Source: Actinomycetes bacterium
GTDB lineage: Bacteria > Actinomycetota > Acidimicrobiia > Acidimicrobiales > RAAP-2
NCBI GenBank assembly: GCA_021818025.1
Contig: JAKAFH010000002.1
Span: forward strand, 15,878-79,877
Direction: 5' to 3'
Length of the DNA: 64,000 bases
The notes under the pieces: generated by a model
What the model was told of the DNA's origin: nothing
What the model saw: the letters and a program-made list of their open reading frames with translations, nothing else
Database searches by the model: none
Shown here: positions 47,013 to 55,569 of the stretch, one piece after another
Position numbering within the stretch: the stretch's first letter is position 1
Layout of the letters: each line of letters starts with the position of its first letter
Position numbers and translations under genes: made by a program

Positions 47013-47849
47013 ATGACGACGACCCCCGAATCGACGAGTCCCCAAACGCCCCCGAATGGGGTGTCGGTATCCGGCGATTCGGGGGTCGCGTCATCGACCC
47101 TGCTGAGTTTGCGCGGCATCACCAAGAGCTTCGGCGCCGTCCAGGCGCTGAAGCACGTCGACCTCGACATACCGGCCGGCCAGGTCACGGCGCTTATCGG
47201 TGACAACGGAGCCGGTAAGTCGACCCTGATCAAGGCCATCGCCGGTATTTACGCCCCGACGAGTGGCGAAATCTTCTGGGAGGGCCGCAAGGTCAACCTG
47301 CACACGCCGCGCGACGCCGAGAACTTGGGCATCGCAACCGTGTACCAAGACTTGGCACTGTGCGACAACCTCGACATCGTCCAAAACATGTACCTCGGAC
47401 ACGAGGAGAGCCGCCACCTCACCCTTGACGAGATCAAGATGGAGCTAAACACCAAGCGCGTGTTGAGCGAACTTTCGGTGTCGACGGTGCAATCCGTGCG
47501 CCAGTTGGTCGGATCCCTGTCCGGTGGCCAGCGCCAGGCGATCGCGGTGGCGCGTGCGGTAATGCACGAGTCGAAGCTGGTGATCATGGACGAGCCGACC
47601 GCGGCGCTCGGCGTGTCCCAGACCGCACAGGTGCTGGACTTGATCAAGCGCCTCGCGTCGCGAGGGATTGCGGTGCTCGTCATCTCGCACAACCTCGTCG
47701 ACGTCTTCGAGGTCGCCGATCGGATTGCCGTGATGTATCTCGGCACCCTCGTCAGCAGCGGCCCCGCCAGTAACTACGACACGTCCAGCGCGGTCGAGAT
47801 CATCACCACGGGCGGCTCACGGGCCGACGCGACGGCCTCGTTCAAATAA
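47013..47849 (+). CDS. sugar ABC transporter ATP-binding protein (single cassette)
   Basis: Walker A GDNGAGKST, signature LSGGQRQAIAV, Walker B LVIMDEPTAALG; 278 aa. Confidence 0.85.
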   Translation: MTTTPESTSPQTPPNGVSVSGDSGVASSTLLSLRGITKSFGAVQALKHVDLDIPAGQVTALIGDNGAGKSTLIKAIAGIYAPTSGEIFWEGRKVNLHTPRDAENLGIATVYQDLALCDNLDIVQNMYLGHEESRHLTLDEIKMELNTKRVLSELSVSTVQSVRQLVGSLSGGQRQAIAVARAVMHESKLVIMDEPTAALGVSQTAQVLDLIKRLASRGIAVLVISHNLVDVFEVADRIAVMYLGTLVSSGPASNYDTSSAVEIITTGGSRADATASFK

Positions 47850-47872
47850 GTACTCGAACAAAGGAATCATCG

Positions 47873-49108
47873 GTGACTAACACTTCCGAGACCGCGGTCG
47901 CTCCGCGCGTTAGCGCCGGCGCGCTACGAGGCCAGCTCAAGCGGCTTCGCCAGGGCGACAAGGGGCTGCTGCCTATCCTGCTCGGACTCATCGTCTTGGT
48001 TATCTACTTCGAGATTCGCAACAGCGTCTTCCTGTCGTCGGGCAATCTCACCAATCTTTTCGTCCAGGCGACGATCTTCATCCTGCTCGCCATGGCCGAG
48101 ATCTGGCTGCTCCTGCTCGGCGAGATCGACCTCTCCGTTGGCTTCGTGAGCGCCCTCGGCGCCACGACGGCGGTCATCTTGCTCGACAACCAGTTCCACT
48201 GGCCGTGGTTCGCGGCGCTCCCGCTCGCCATCCTGGTTACCACCGTCATTGGCACCATGCAGGGATTCATCATCATTCGATTGCGCTTGCCGTCGTTCAT
48301 CGTGACCCTCGCCGGACTGCTCGGGTGGGAGGGTGTGCTCATCTTCTTCGTCGACCGCCAGGGAACCGGTGGCACCATCCCGGTCCAGGAAAAGGTCCTC
48401 TATGGCCTGGTGAACTCCAATCTCTCGCCGATGTGGACGTGGATCTTCGTTCTAGCCTGCCTCGCGGTGCTGATCTACCTGATCGTTCGTCGCGACCAGT
48501 CGCGCCGCGCGAGTGGGCTCGACGCGGTGCCGCAATTCGTCACCATCGCCAAGGCGGTGGCACTCCTCGTGGCCGGCATCGTGCTCGTGATGATCTTCAA
48601 CAAGAACCGTGGCACGTTCACGGTTCTCGAGGGCATGCCCTACGCCATCCCCGTCGACATCGCGATGCTGGCCGCCGGCAGCTTCATTCTCACGCGCACC
48701 CGCGCTGGCCGTTACATCTACGCAATCGGCGGCAACGCCGAAGCAGCTCGTCGCGCTGGCGTCAACGTGAATCGATACCGACTCCTGGCCTTCGTCTTCA
48801 CGGGTTTCACGGCTGGCGTGGCCGGACTCATCTACGCCTCGCGGCTCGGCGGCATCTCGGATAACGTCGATAGCAACCTCGTGCTGCTCGCCGTGGCGTC
48901 GGCGGTCATCGGAGGGACCAGTCTGTTTGGTGGTCGAGGCAAGATGATCCATGCGGTCATCGGCGGCTTGGTGATCGCGACCATCTACAACGGCATGGCG
49001 CTGATCAACATGAGCGCGGCAACCCAGTACATCGCGACGGCGCTCGTGCTGCTGGTCGCGGTCGCAATGGACGCCGTCGCCCGGCGCGGCTCGACGCCTT
49101 CGCGCTAG
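47873..49108 (+). CDS. sugar ABC transporter permease (XylH/RbsC-like)
   Basis: 411 aa polytopic protein with CUT2 permease blocks (GEIDLSVG, IGGTSLFGGRG). Confidence 0.8.
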   Translation: MTNTSETAVAPRVSAGALRGQLKRLRQGDKGLLPILLGLIVLVIYFEIRNSVFLSSGNLTNLFVQATIFILLAMAEIWLLLLGEIDLSVGFVSALGATTAVILLDNQFHWPWFAALPLAILVTTVIGTMQGFIIIRLRLPSFIVTLAGLLGWEGVLIFFVDRQGTGGTIPVQEKVLYGLVNSNLSPMWTWIFVLACLAVLIYLIVRRDQSRRASGLDAVPQFVTIAKAVALLVAGIVLVMIFNKNRGTFTVLEGMPYAIPVDIAMLAAGSFILTRTRAGRYIYAIGGNAEAARRAGVNVNRYRLLAFVFTGFTAGVAGLIYASRLGGISDNVDSNLVLLAVASAVIGGTSLFGGRGKMIHAVIGGLVIATIYNGMALINMSAATQYIATALVLLVAVAMDAVARRGSTPSR

Positions 49109-49112
49109 AGCC

Positions 49113-49886
49113 GTGTCACGCGAGGCCGGTCGGTTACAGGACCGCGTCGTCCTCGTCACGGGAGCCAGTCGAGGCATCGGACTCGCGATCGCACGGTCGT
49201 GTGCGGACGAGGGCGCCCGCGTGGTCTTGACGGCGAGGCACTTCGAGGAGCTCGAGGCCGCGGCGTCGACGTTCCCCGACCCGTCGCGCGTCGCGATCCG
49301 TTCGTCACACGCGGGGTCGCGTGAATCGGCGAAGGATCTCGCTTCGTGGGTGGTGACAACGTGCGGGTCCCTCGACGTGCTCGTGAACAACGCGGCGACG
49401 AACCCCTATTTCGGACCGCTCGTGGACATCGACGACGTTCGAATGACCAAGACCTTCGAGGTCAACCAAGCCGCGATCGTCACGCACGTGTCCGCCGCCT
49501 GGTACGCGTGGATGCGTGACCACGGTGGCGCCGTGCTCAACATCGCCTCCATCGGTGGACTGTCAGTCGAGCCGGGAATCGGCTGGTACAACGTGACCAA
49601 GGCCGCCGTCATCCATCTCACCAAGCAGTTCGCCTTCGAACTCGCTCCGCGGGTCCGCGTGAACGCGATCGCGCCGGGCCTGGTTCGAACGGCATTCGCG
49701 CGCGGCCTCTGGGAGGAGCGCGAGCATGCCGTCTCGAGCCAAATCCCCCTCGGGCGCATCGGCGAGCCCGAGGACGTGGCGTCCCTCGCGGTGAGCCTGG
49801 TCAGCGACGATTCGTCGTGGGTGACCGGTCAGACGTTCGTCGTGGACGGTGGCACGACGGTCTCGCCGTCGGGCGGTGTCAGCTGA
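49113..49886 (+). CDS. SDR family oxidoreductase
   Basis: TGASRGIGLAIA cofactor motif, NNAA, and the catalytic YxxxK (YNVTKAA); 257 aa. Confidence 0.85.
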   Translation: MSREAGRLQDRVVLVTGASRGIGLAIARSCADEGARVVLTARHFEELEAAASTFPDPSRVAIRSSHAGSRESAKDLASWVVTTCGSLDVLVNNAATNPYFGPLVDIDDVRMTKTFEVNQAAIVTHVSAAWYAWMRDHGGAVLNIASIGGLSVEPGIGWYNVTKAAVIHLTKQFAFELAPRVRVNAIAPGLVRTAFARGLWEEREHAVSSQIPLGRIGEPEDVASLAVSLVSDDSSWVTGQTFVVDGGTTVSPSGGVS

Positions 49887-49887
49887 G

Positions 49888-50997
49888 TCACTGCAGGTAG
49901 GGCAGGTCGCTTCGGCGGATCTTGCCGTTGCCGGTGCGTGGGATGGCGGCGACGTAGCGTATCTCCTTGGGCTTGGCCCATGGCCCGAACTGCTCGGCCG
50001 TCGAGTCGCGAATCTCGTCGTCGAGCCGCTCGCCGTCACTCACCACTAGGGCTACGACGCGTTGACCCCACTGGGGATCGTCGACACCGGTGACCGCGAC
50101 GTCACGCACGTGATCGAGACGCGCGATGACGCCTTCGAGGTCCTCGGGCCAGACCTTCTCGCCGCCGGTGTTGATGACGTAATCGAGACGCCCGTGCACG
50201 GCGAGACGACCGTTGTCGAAGGTGCCGCCGTCGCCGGTCGGGAACCAGTCGTCGGCACCGTCGGGTCCGACGATCCTCGGGCGGTCCATCGTCCGATAGG
50301 AGCGAAAGAGGGTGGGCGAGCGCACGATGATCTCCTCACCGACCGTCGCCAGCTCCACGCCCGCCAGGGGCTGGGCGTCGTAGACGACGCCCGAGCCGGT
50401 TTCGGTCATACCCCACGTGGCGATGACGTTGGTCTGGGTGAGCGAGGGTTGACGGGCACCGCCCACCAGGACCACGTCGAACCGGCTGAGGTCGTATCGC
50501 GCCAGGTGTGCCCGAACCACCGAGACGTGCGTGGCGCCGCGTGCGACGGCCCCATCGAAGTCTGTCGGGTCGCCCCAGCTCAGTGAGGCCTCGTCGAGGA
50601 TGGCTCGCAGGATGACCGCGAGGCCTCCGATGTGATTGGCGGGCAAGACGGGGAACCACACGGGGTCCGACCCGCGACGCAGCGTCGCCTGGGTCATGCG
50701 GGCGCTCGCTCGAAGCGCGGTCCACGTGATCTCGGCGGCCTTGGGCGTCCCGCTCGACCCCGACGTGAGCATGACGAGTCCGACCTCGTCGTCGACCGCG
50801 CGACCGTTAGCGAGTGACGTTCGCCCGTCGGGGCCCCACCGAACGGTCGCGCCAAGGGCCGCCAACTGTTCTCGGGCCTGTCGCTCACTCAGCCGCTGGT
50901 CGAGGACGCAGAACGCCCACCCCCTATCGACGCAGTCGCGCAGGGCGCGCTCAAGGTCCGGGCCGAGTTCGAAGTCCAACGCGATGAGATCGGCCAC
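49888..50997 (-). CDS. menE: o-succinylbenzoate--CoA ligase (short actinobacterial AMP-binding enzyme)
   Basis: AMP-binding motif LTSGSSGTPKA, plus TGD and GKIRR motifs. 369 aa, lying in a cluster with menB/menA/menD. Confidence 0.7.
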   Translation of the reverse strand: MADLIALDFELGPDLERALRDCVDRGWAFCVLDQRLSERQAREQLAALGATVRWGPDGRTSLANGRAVDDEVGLVMLTSGSSGTPKAAEITWTALRASARMTQATLRRGSDPVWFPVLPANHIGGLAVILRAILDEASLSWGDPTDFDGAVARGATHVSVVRAHLARYDLSRFDVVLVGGARQPSLTQTNVIATWGMTETGSGVVYDAQPLAGVELATVGEEIIVRSPTLFRSYRTMDRPRIVGPDGADDWFPTGDGGTFDNGRLAVHGRLDYVINTGGEKVWPEDLEGVIARLDHVRDVAVTGVDDPQWGQRVVALVVSDGERLDDEIRDSTAEQFGPWAKPKEIRYVAAIPRTGNGKIRRSDLPYLQ

Positions 50998-51003
50998 GTG
51001 ATG

Positions 51004-51009
51004 ATGTTA
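51004..51009 (-). promoter_or_regulatory. -10-like hexamer TAACAT, 6 nt before the menE GTG (leaderless-type)
   Basis: Minus-strand reading is ACCCCTAACATC-atcac-GTG. The same 12-mer at the same offset occurs at 59958-59969. Confidence 0.5.
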
Positions 51010-51078
51010 GGGGTGCCCGGGCGCGCTCGATGGTGGCGATCCGCGCCAGGGCTCGAACGGTAGTCTTCACGATCAGGG

Positions 51079-51474
51079 GTGAGTATGGCGTCACTGCGGT
51101 ACGAAGCGCGCATCGCCGCGTCGGCTGACCGGGTCTGGCAGATCATCGAAGATCCCGCGTCGATACCGAACTGGTTCCCGGGCATCGTCAGCGCCAGCGT
51201 CGACGGCTCGACGCGGACAATCGAATTGAAAAGTGGCATTGTTATGCCCGAAGAGATCCTCGAAGTCGATGCCTTGCAACGTCGATTCGCCTATCGGATC
51301 GTGGCGCCCCAGTACCGGTGGCACCTGGGCACGATCGACGTCATCGAACTCGCCGAGCTCGACACGCTCTGCGTCTATTCGACCAGCGCCGAGCCCTCGA
51401 CGCTGGCCCTCTTGATTGGGGGCGCCACCGCCGAGGCGCTCGAGTCGATCAAGCGGATCGCCGAAGGCACGTGA
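51079..51474 (+). CDS. SRPBCC (START/polyketide-cyclase-like) ligand-binding protein
   Basis: 131 aa. RYEARIAASADRVWQIIEDPASIPNWFPGI is typical of SRPBCC family N-termini. Start at GTG 51079 or ATG 51085. Confidence 0.6.
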   Translation: MSMASLRYEARIAASADRVWQIIEDPASIPNWFPGIVSASVDGSTRTIELKSGIVMPEEILEVDALQRRFAYRIVAPQYRWHLGTIDVIELAELDTLCVYSTSAEPSTLALLIGGATAEALESIKRIAEGT

Positions 51475-53048
51475 TGCCGAGGCGGATCCTCTTCATCACG
51501 ACCGACCAGCAGCGCTACGACACGGTCGGTGCCAACGGAGGGCAGGTCGCGCGCACGCCGACCCTGGACCGTTTGGCTGCCGAGGGCATCCGCTACGAGC
51601 GGTGCCAGCCGACCTCGGTCGTGTGCATGCCGTCGCGCGCGTCGATGCTGACGGGCCAGTATCCGAGCACCCACGGGACGTGGATGAATGGAGTGCCGCT
51701 GGCCGTAGACGCGCCATCCATCGCCGAACACCTCCACGACGCTGGCTACGCGACGGCGTTGATCGGCAAGGCGCACTTCGAGCCTTTCTTGGATCCCTTC
51801 GGTCGCTTCGTCGAGAACGCGCTCGCGCACCTCGGGATCCCGACCGCCGACTCACCGTGGTTCGGTGGTCGACGCGGGGTCCACCGGGGATTCGACCACC
51901 TCGAGCTCGCGACCCACGGCGTGCTCGGTCCGCTGCACTACGCGACGTGGCTACGACAGAACCATCCCGAGGCGGTTGCCGGCTTCTACGCCGTGGTCGA
52001 CCAAGACCTGAACGTGAACGCCGCCGGAGGCGGCGACACCGACGCGCCCCAGGTGGGCGTGAATCCGGTGGCGCGCGAGTGGTACCACACCGACTGGGTG
52101 GCCGATCGGACCATCGCGTGGCTCACAGCCCAGCCCGTGGATCAGGACTGGTTCTGCTGGATGAGTTTTCCCGATCCCCACCACCCCTGGGACCCACCGG
52201 CCTCGCAGCGAGCCCGAGTCAACTGGCGCGACGTGCCGTTGCCCGCGAACTACCCCGAACGAGCCGAGGAACGCGAAGCGCTGCTCGACGCCAAGCCGCG
52301 ACACTGGCGAGCGTGGTACGACGGTCGCCTCGTGAGCAACTACGAGGCTCCTCCCGCGTGGGTGCCCGCAACGATGACGGCCGACCAGGTTCGCGAGGTG
52401 AACGCACTCAACGCCGTCGAGGTCGAACTGATAGACGAGGCGATCGGGCGGGTGCTCGGGGCTCTGCTCGCGCGCGGGTGGGATGACGAGCTCGACGTCA
52501 TCTTCACGACGGATCACGGCGAGTTCCAGGGCGACTTCGGCCTGCTCTTCAAGGGTCCCTACCACGTCGACGCACTGATGCGGCTGCCCCTGATCTGGCG
52601 CCCGGCACCGGTGCGCGAGCCGACGCCGGCGGTCGTGAGCGAACCAGTGAGTCTGGTCTCGCTCGCGGCCACCTTCGCCCAGATCGCCGGAACGGCGCCG
52701 CCGCCGTGGTGCGAGGGCGCACCGCTGCCCCTCAGCAACGCCGACGCGGCGAAGCGGGGCTTCACCGACACGATCACCGAGTGGGACTCGGCGCTCTTCG
52801 GCGTCGACGTGCACCTGCGGACGGTTCTGACGGGTCGCTACCTCTACACGGAGTATCGGCCCGGGACGGTGCACGACGGCAGCGAGGGCGAGCTGTACGA
52901 CCTGGCCGAGGACTCGCGACAGCGGGTGAACCGCTTCGAGGACCCATCGCTCGGAGCGATTCGCGACGAACTCCACCAGCGGTTGGTGTCGCACCACGAA
53001 CGCGAGATTGAACGGGCCAAACCCGGAAGACTGGTCGCACCGGTCTAG
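51474..53048 (+). CDS. sulfatase (Cys-type formylglycine motif), no signal peptide
   Basis: ATG 51474 overlaps the SRPBCC stop (GTGATG). MPRRILFITTDQQRYD N-terminus, CMPSR (C-x-P-x-R), and TTDHGE. 524 aa. The track ORF from 51318 is an extension. Confidence 0.8.
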   Translation: MPRRILFITTDQQRYDTVGANGGQVARTPTLDRLAAEGIRYERCQPTSVVCMPSRASMLTGQYPSTHGTWMNGVPLAVDAPSIAEHLHDAGYATALIGKAHFEPFLDPFGRFVENALAHLGIPTADSPWFGGRRGVHRGFDHLELATHGVLGPLHYATWLRQNHPEAVAGFYAVVDQDLNVNAAGGGDTDAPQVGVNPVAREWYHTDWVADRTIAWLTAQPVDQDWFCWMSFPDPHHPWDPPASQRARVNWRDVPLPANYPERAEEREALLDAKPRHWRAWYDGRLVSNYEAPPAWVPATMTADQVREVNALNAVEVELIDEAIGRVLGALLARGWDDELDVIFTTDHGEFQGDFGLLFKGPYHVDALMRLPLIWRPAPVREPTPAVVSEPVSLVSLAATFAQIAGTAPPPWCEGAPLPLSNADAAKRGFTDTITEWDSALFGVDVHLRTVLTGRYLYTEYRPGTVHDGSEGELYDLAEDSRQRVNRFEDPSLGAIRDELHQRLVSHHEREIERAKPGRLVAPV

Positions 53049-53060
53049 GGCAGCGATAGC

Positions 53061-53963
53061 GTGGTCGCCATGACCGAGACCGTTATCCAAGGACCGCCCG
53101 TCGACCCCGTGGACCAGTTCCGCACGATGCCGCTGCCGACGTGGCAGACCGAGGGAGAGTACGGCGACATCATCTACGAGGTCGGCGAGGGCATCGCTCG
53201 GATCACGATCAATCGGCCCGAACGACGCAACGCCTTTCGGCCCCAGACGCTCTTCGAGCTCGCTGACGCCTTCGAGCGCGCCCGTGACAACACCGCCGTC
53301 GGGGTGATCGTGTTGACCGGCGCGGGCCCCGACGCGTTCTGCTCCGGCGGCGACCAGAAGATCCGTGGCGAGGACGGCTACATCGGCGACGACGACGTCG
53401 CGCGACAGGGGATCGGGCGCCTGAACGTGCTGGACCTGCAGGTCCAGATCCGGCGTCTGCCCAAGCCAGTCATCGCGTCCATTGCCGGGTACGCCATCGG
53501 CGGCGGTCACATCTTGCACCTGGTGTGCGACCTGTCCATCGCCGCCGACAACGCTCGATTTGGCCAGACCGGTCCCAAGGTGGGCTCCTTTGACGGCGGC
53601 TACGGCTCGTCGCTGCTCGCGCGCTCCATCGGCCTCAAGCGCGCCAAGGAGGTGTGGTTCCTCTGCCGCCAGTACGACGCCGCGACGGCCCTCGACTGGG
53701 GCCTGGTCAACACCGTGGTGCCGCTGGCGGACCTCGAGGCAGAGACCGTGGCGTGGTGCCGGCAGATCCTGACCCTGTCGCCCATCGCGTTGCGGATGCT
53801 CAAGGCGGGCTTCAACGCTGCCGACGACGGCCTCGCCGGCGTGCAACAGCTCGCCGGCGACGCGACGATGCTCTTCTACATGTCCGAAGAGGGCCAGGAG
53901 GGGCGCAACGCCTTCGTCGAACATCGCGCGCCGGACTTCTCGAAGTTCCCCAAGCGTCCATGA
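53061..53963 (+). CDS. menB: 1,4-dihydroxy-2-naphthoyl-CoA synthase
   Basis: Crotonase fold with [19 protein letters not shown] and GYAIGGGH blocks. ATG 53070 is an alternative start (TAGCGT 7 nt upstream). Confidence 0.9.
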   Translation: MVAMTETVIQGPPVDPVDQFRTMPLPTWQTEGEYGDIIYEVGEGIARITINRPERRNAFRPQTLFELADAFERARDNTAVGVIVLTGAGPDAFCSGGDQKIRGEDGYIGDDDVARQGIGRLNVLDLQVQIRRLPKPVIASIAGYAIGGGHILHLVCDLSIAADNARFGQTGPKVGSFDGGYGSSLLARSIGLKRAKEVWFLCRQYDAATALDWGLVNTVVPLADLEAETVAWCRQILTLSPIALRMLKAGFNAADDGLAGVQQLAGDATMLFYMSEEGQEGRNAFVEHRAPDFSKFPKRP

Positions 53964-54829
53964 CGACAGCCCCCGGGGCCGTCAACCGGTGGGTGCTCGC
54001 GGCACGGCCGCGGACGCTGCCCGCGGCGATCGTTCCCGTTGGGGTGGGCGCGGCCCTCGTGCGACCCGAGACGATCAACTGGGTGAACACGGCGCTCGCC
54101 GCCGCGGTGGCGCTGCTGTTGCAGATTGGCACGAACTACGCGAACGACTACTCCGACGGCGTGCGCGGCACCGACGAGCAGCGCGTGGGGCCATTCCGGC
54201 TGACGGCGTCCAAGCTGGTGCCGGCCCGATGGGTCAAGTTCGCGGCCTTCGCGTGCTTCGGCCTGGCGGCGGCGGCGGGCCTGGGTCTCGCCGCGCGAAC
54301 GTCGTGGTGGCTGATCGCCCTCGGCGCGAGTGCGATCCTCGCTGGGTATCTCTACACCGGCGGGCCCAAGCCCTACGGCTACCTCGGGCTGGGCGAGTTC
54401 TTCGTGCTGCTCTACTTCGGCCTGCTCGCCACGGTCGGCACGGCCTACGTTCAGCACGGTCGGGTCGTGGGTGCGGCGTGGTGGATCGGCCTCGCCACGG
54501 GTTCGATGGCCTGTGCCCTGCTCGAGGCCAACAACTTGCGCGACGTCCTCGGTGACATCGCGGCTGGCAAGCGGACGCTCGCCGCGCGCGTGGGCCGCGA
54601 ACGTGGCGCTTGGCTCTTCGTGGCGTGTGTGGCGGGCGTCGCGATCGGCCTGGCCCTCGGCGGCGAACCGCTCGTCGCGCTCGTCGCGCTCGTCGCATAC
54701 GTTCCGGGTGTTCGCATGGCGTTCTCGCCGCGCCGGGGACGCGAGCTGCTCGCGTTGCTCCAGTCCTCCTCGCGCGTCCAATTGGCCCTCGGGGCGCTGC
54801 TCATCGTCGTCTACGCGGTGACTCGCTAG
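53960..54829 (+). CDS. menA: 1,4-dihydroxy-2-naphthoate polyprenyltransferase
   Basis: UbiA-family polytopic protein with an [12 protein letters not shown] motif. ATG 53960 forms ATGA with the menB stop. The track ORF from 53654 is an extension. Confidence 0.85.
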   Translation: MTTAPGAVNRWVLAARPRTLPAAIVPVGVGAALVRPETINWVNTALAAAVALLLQIGTNYANDYSDGVRGTDEQRVGPFRLTASKLVPARWVKFAAFACFGLAAAAGLGLAARTSWWLIALGASAILAGYLYTGGPKPYGYLGLGEFFVLLYFGLLATVGTAYVQHGRVVGAAWWIGLATGSMACALLEANNLRDVLGDIAAGKRTLAARVGRERGAWLFVACVAGVAIGLALGGEPLVALVALVAYVPGVRMAFSPRRGRELLALLQSSSRVQLALGALLIVVYAVTR

Positions 54830-55569
54830 ACGAGGAACGCGTCGACGTGCTGCGCTGTCGCCTCGGGCTCGACGAGGTGGGCGGCGTGGCCGGCCCGTTC
54901 AACGACGCCCATTGAACCTTGTTGGACGCCTGCGGCGATGGCGAGGGCCTCGGCACGGAACTTGTCGTCGCGCTCGCCACTCAGGGCGAGAACCGGCGCG
55001 TTGATCGAGCCCAGGCGGTCGCCCAGCCACTCCTGGGTCCCGGTTCCGCAGCGGCGGAGCGACTCGGCGAGGCCGCGAGGATCGCGGCTGCGCGCAGCCA
55101 ATTCCACGGGATCGGGGGCCACGTCGGCAAACAGCGGCTGAGCGAGCCACTCCTGGAGGAATTGATCGGTGCCGACCGCTTCGATGTGCTCGGCTAGGTC
55201 GTCGTCGCGACGACGGCGCTCCGCTCGCTGGGACGGGTCCTCAATGCCGCGCGACGCGCCGAGCAGCACGAGTCGTCCGATCACCTCGGGACGGCGAAGG
55301 GCCACGTGCAGGGCTACCCGCCCGCCGAAGGAGTAGCCCCCGAGATCACAGGGGGTGTCGATGAGATCGGCCACGAGGTCGGCGCACTCCTCGAGCGAGG
55401 CCCCGATGGCCGCGGCGTCGCCGTGACCCGGCAGGTCGAGTGTCCAAAGTTCGTGACTCTCTGCCAGAATGGAGCGGAACCGGGCCGCGGAACGACTGGT
55501 TTGGGTGAAGCCGTGGAGCCAGACGAGCACGGGCCCAACGCCTTCGCGCCGGACCTTGAGGAGTGACAT
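54826..55569 (-). CDS. menH: alpha/beta hydrolase, probable SHCHC synthase MenH
   Basis: 247 aa from ATG 55569. VLVWLHGFTQT, a GYSFGG nucleophile elbow, and a C-terminal GHAAHLE-like motif. It lies next to menD. Confidence 0.6.
   Translation of the reverse strand: MSLLKVRREGVGPVLVWLHGFTQTSRSAARFRSILAESHELWTLDLPGHGDAAAIGASLEECADLVADLIDTPCDLGGYSFGGRVALHVALRRPEVIGRLVLLGASRGIEDPSQRAERRRRDDDLAEHIEAVGTDQFLQEWLAQPLFADVAPDPVELAARSRDPRGLAESLRRCGTGTQEWLGDRLGSINAPVLALSGERDDKFRAEALAIAAGVQQGSMGVVERAGHAAHLVEPEATAQHVDAFLV

Noticed and set aside
47013-47849. Half-size (278-aa) CUT2 ATPase as a truncated gene
   Set aside because: It has complete Walker A, signature and Walker B motifs and a normal C-terminus. 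The junctions to its neighbours are tight (9 and 23 nt). As far as I recall, single-cassette ATPases occur in actinobacterial xylose-type systems. There is no remnant of a second cassette.
45600-49108. Sugar ABC transporter block looked lower in GC, raising the possibility of horizontal transfer
   Set aside because: I read codons mid-gene in the SBP (from 46380). Third positions are still overwhelmingly G/C, with about 12 A/T-ending codons in roughly 105. The lower overall GC comes from an Asn/Lys/Thr/Tyr-rich periplasmic protein, not from foreign codon usage.
49884-49890. Convergent SDR and menE stops separated by 1 nt, leaving no terminator space
   Set aside because: The observation is real but unremarkable in compact high-GC genomes. 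Nothing further is testable from sequence.
51951-53924. 657-aa ORF antisense to the sulfatase and menB
   Set aside because: It spans two independent, motif-confirmed genes and the gap between them on the opposite strand. No recognisable domains.
54645-54680. GCTCGTCGC x3 tandem repeat inside menA
   Set aside because: It is a short in-frame repeat encoding (LVA)x3 within a TM helix. This is common low-complexity sequence in GC-rich membrane genes and not a distinct element.
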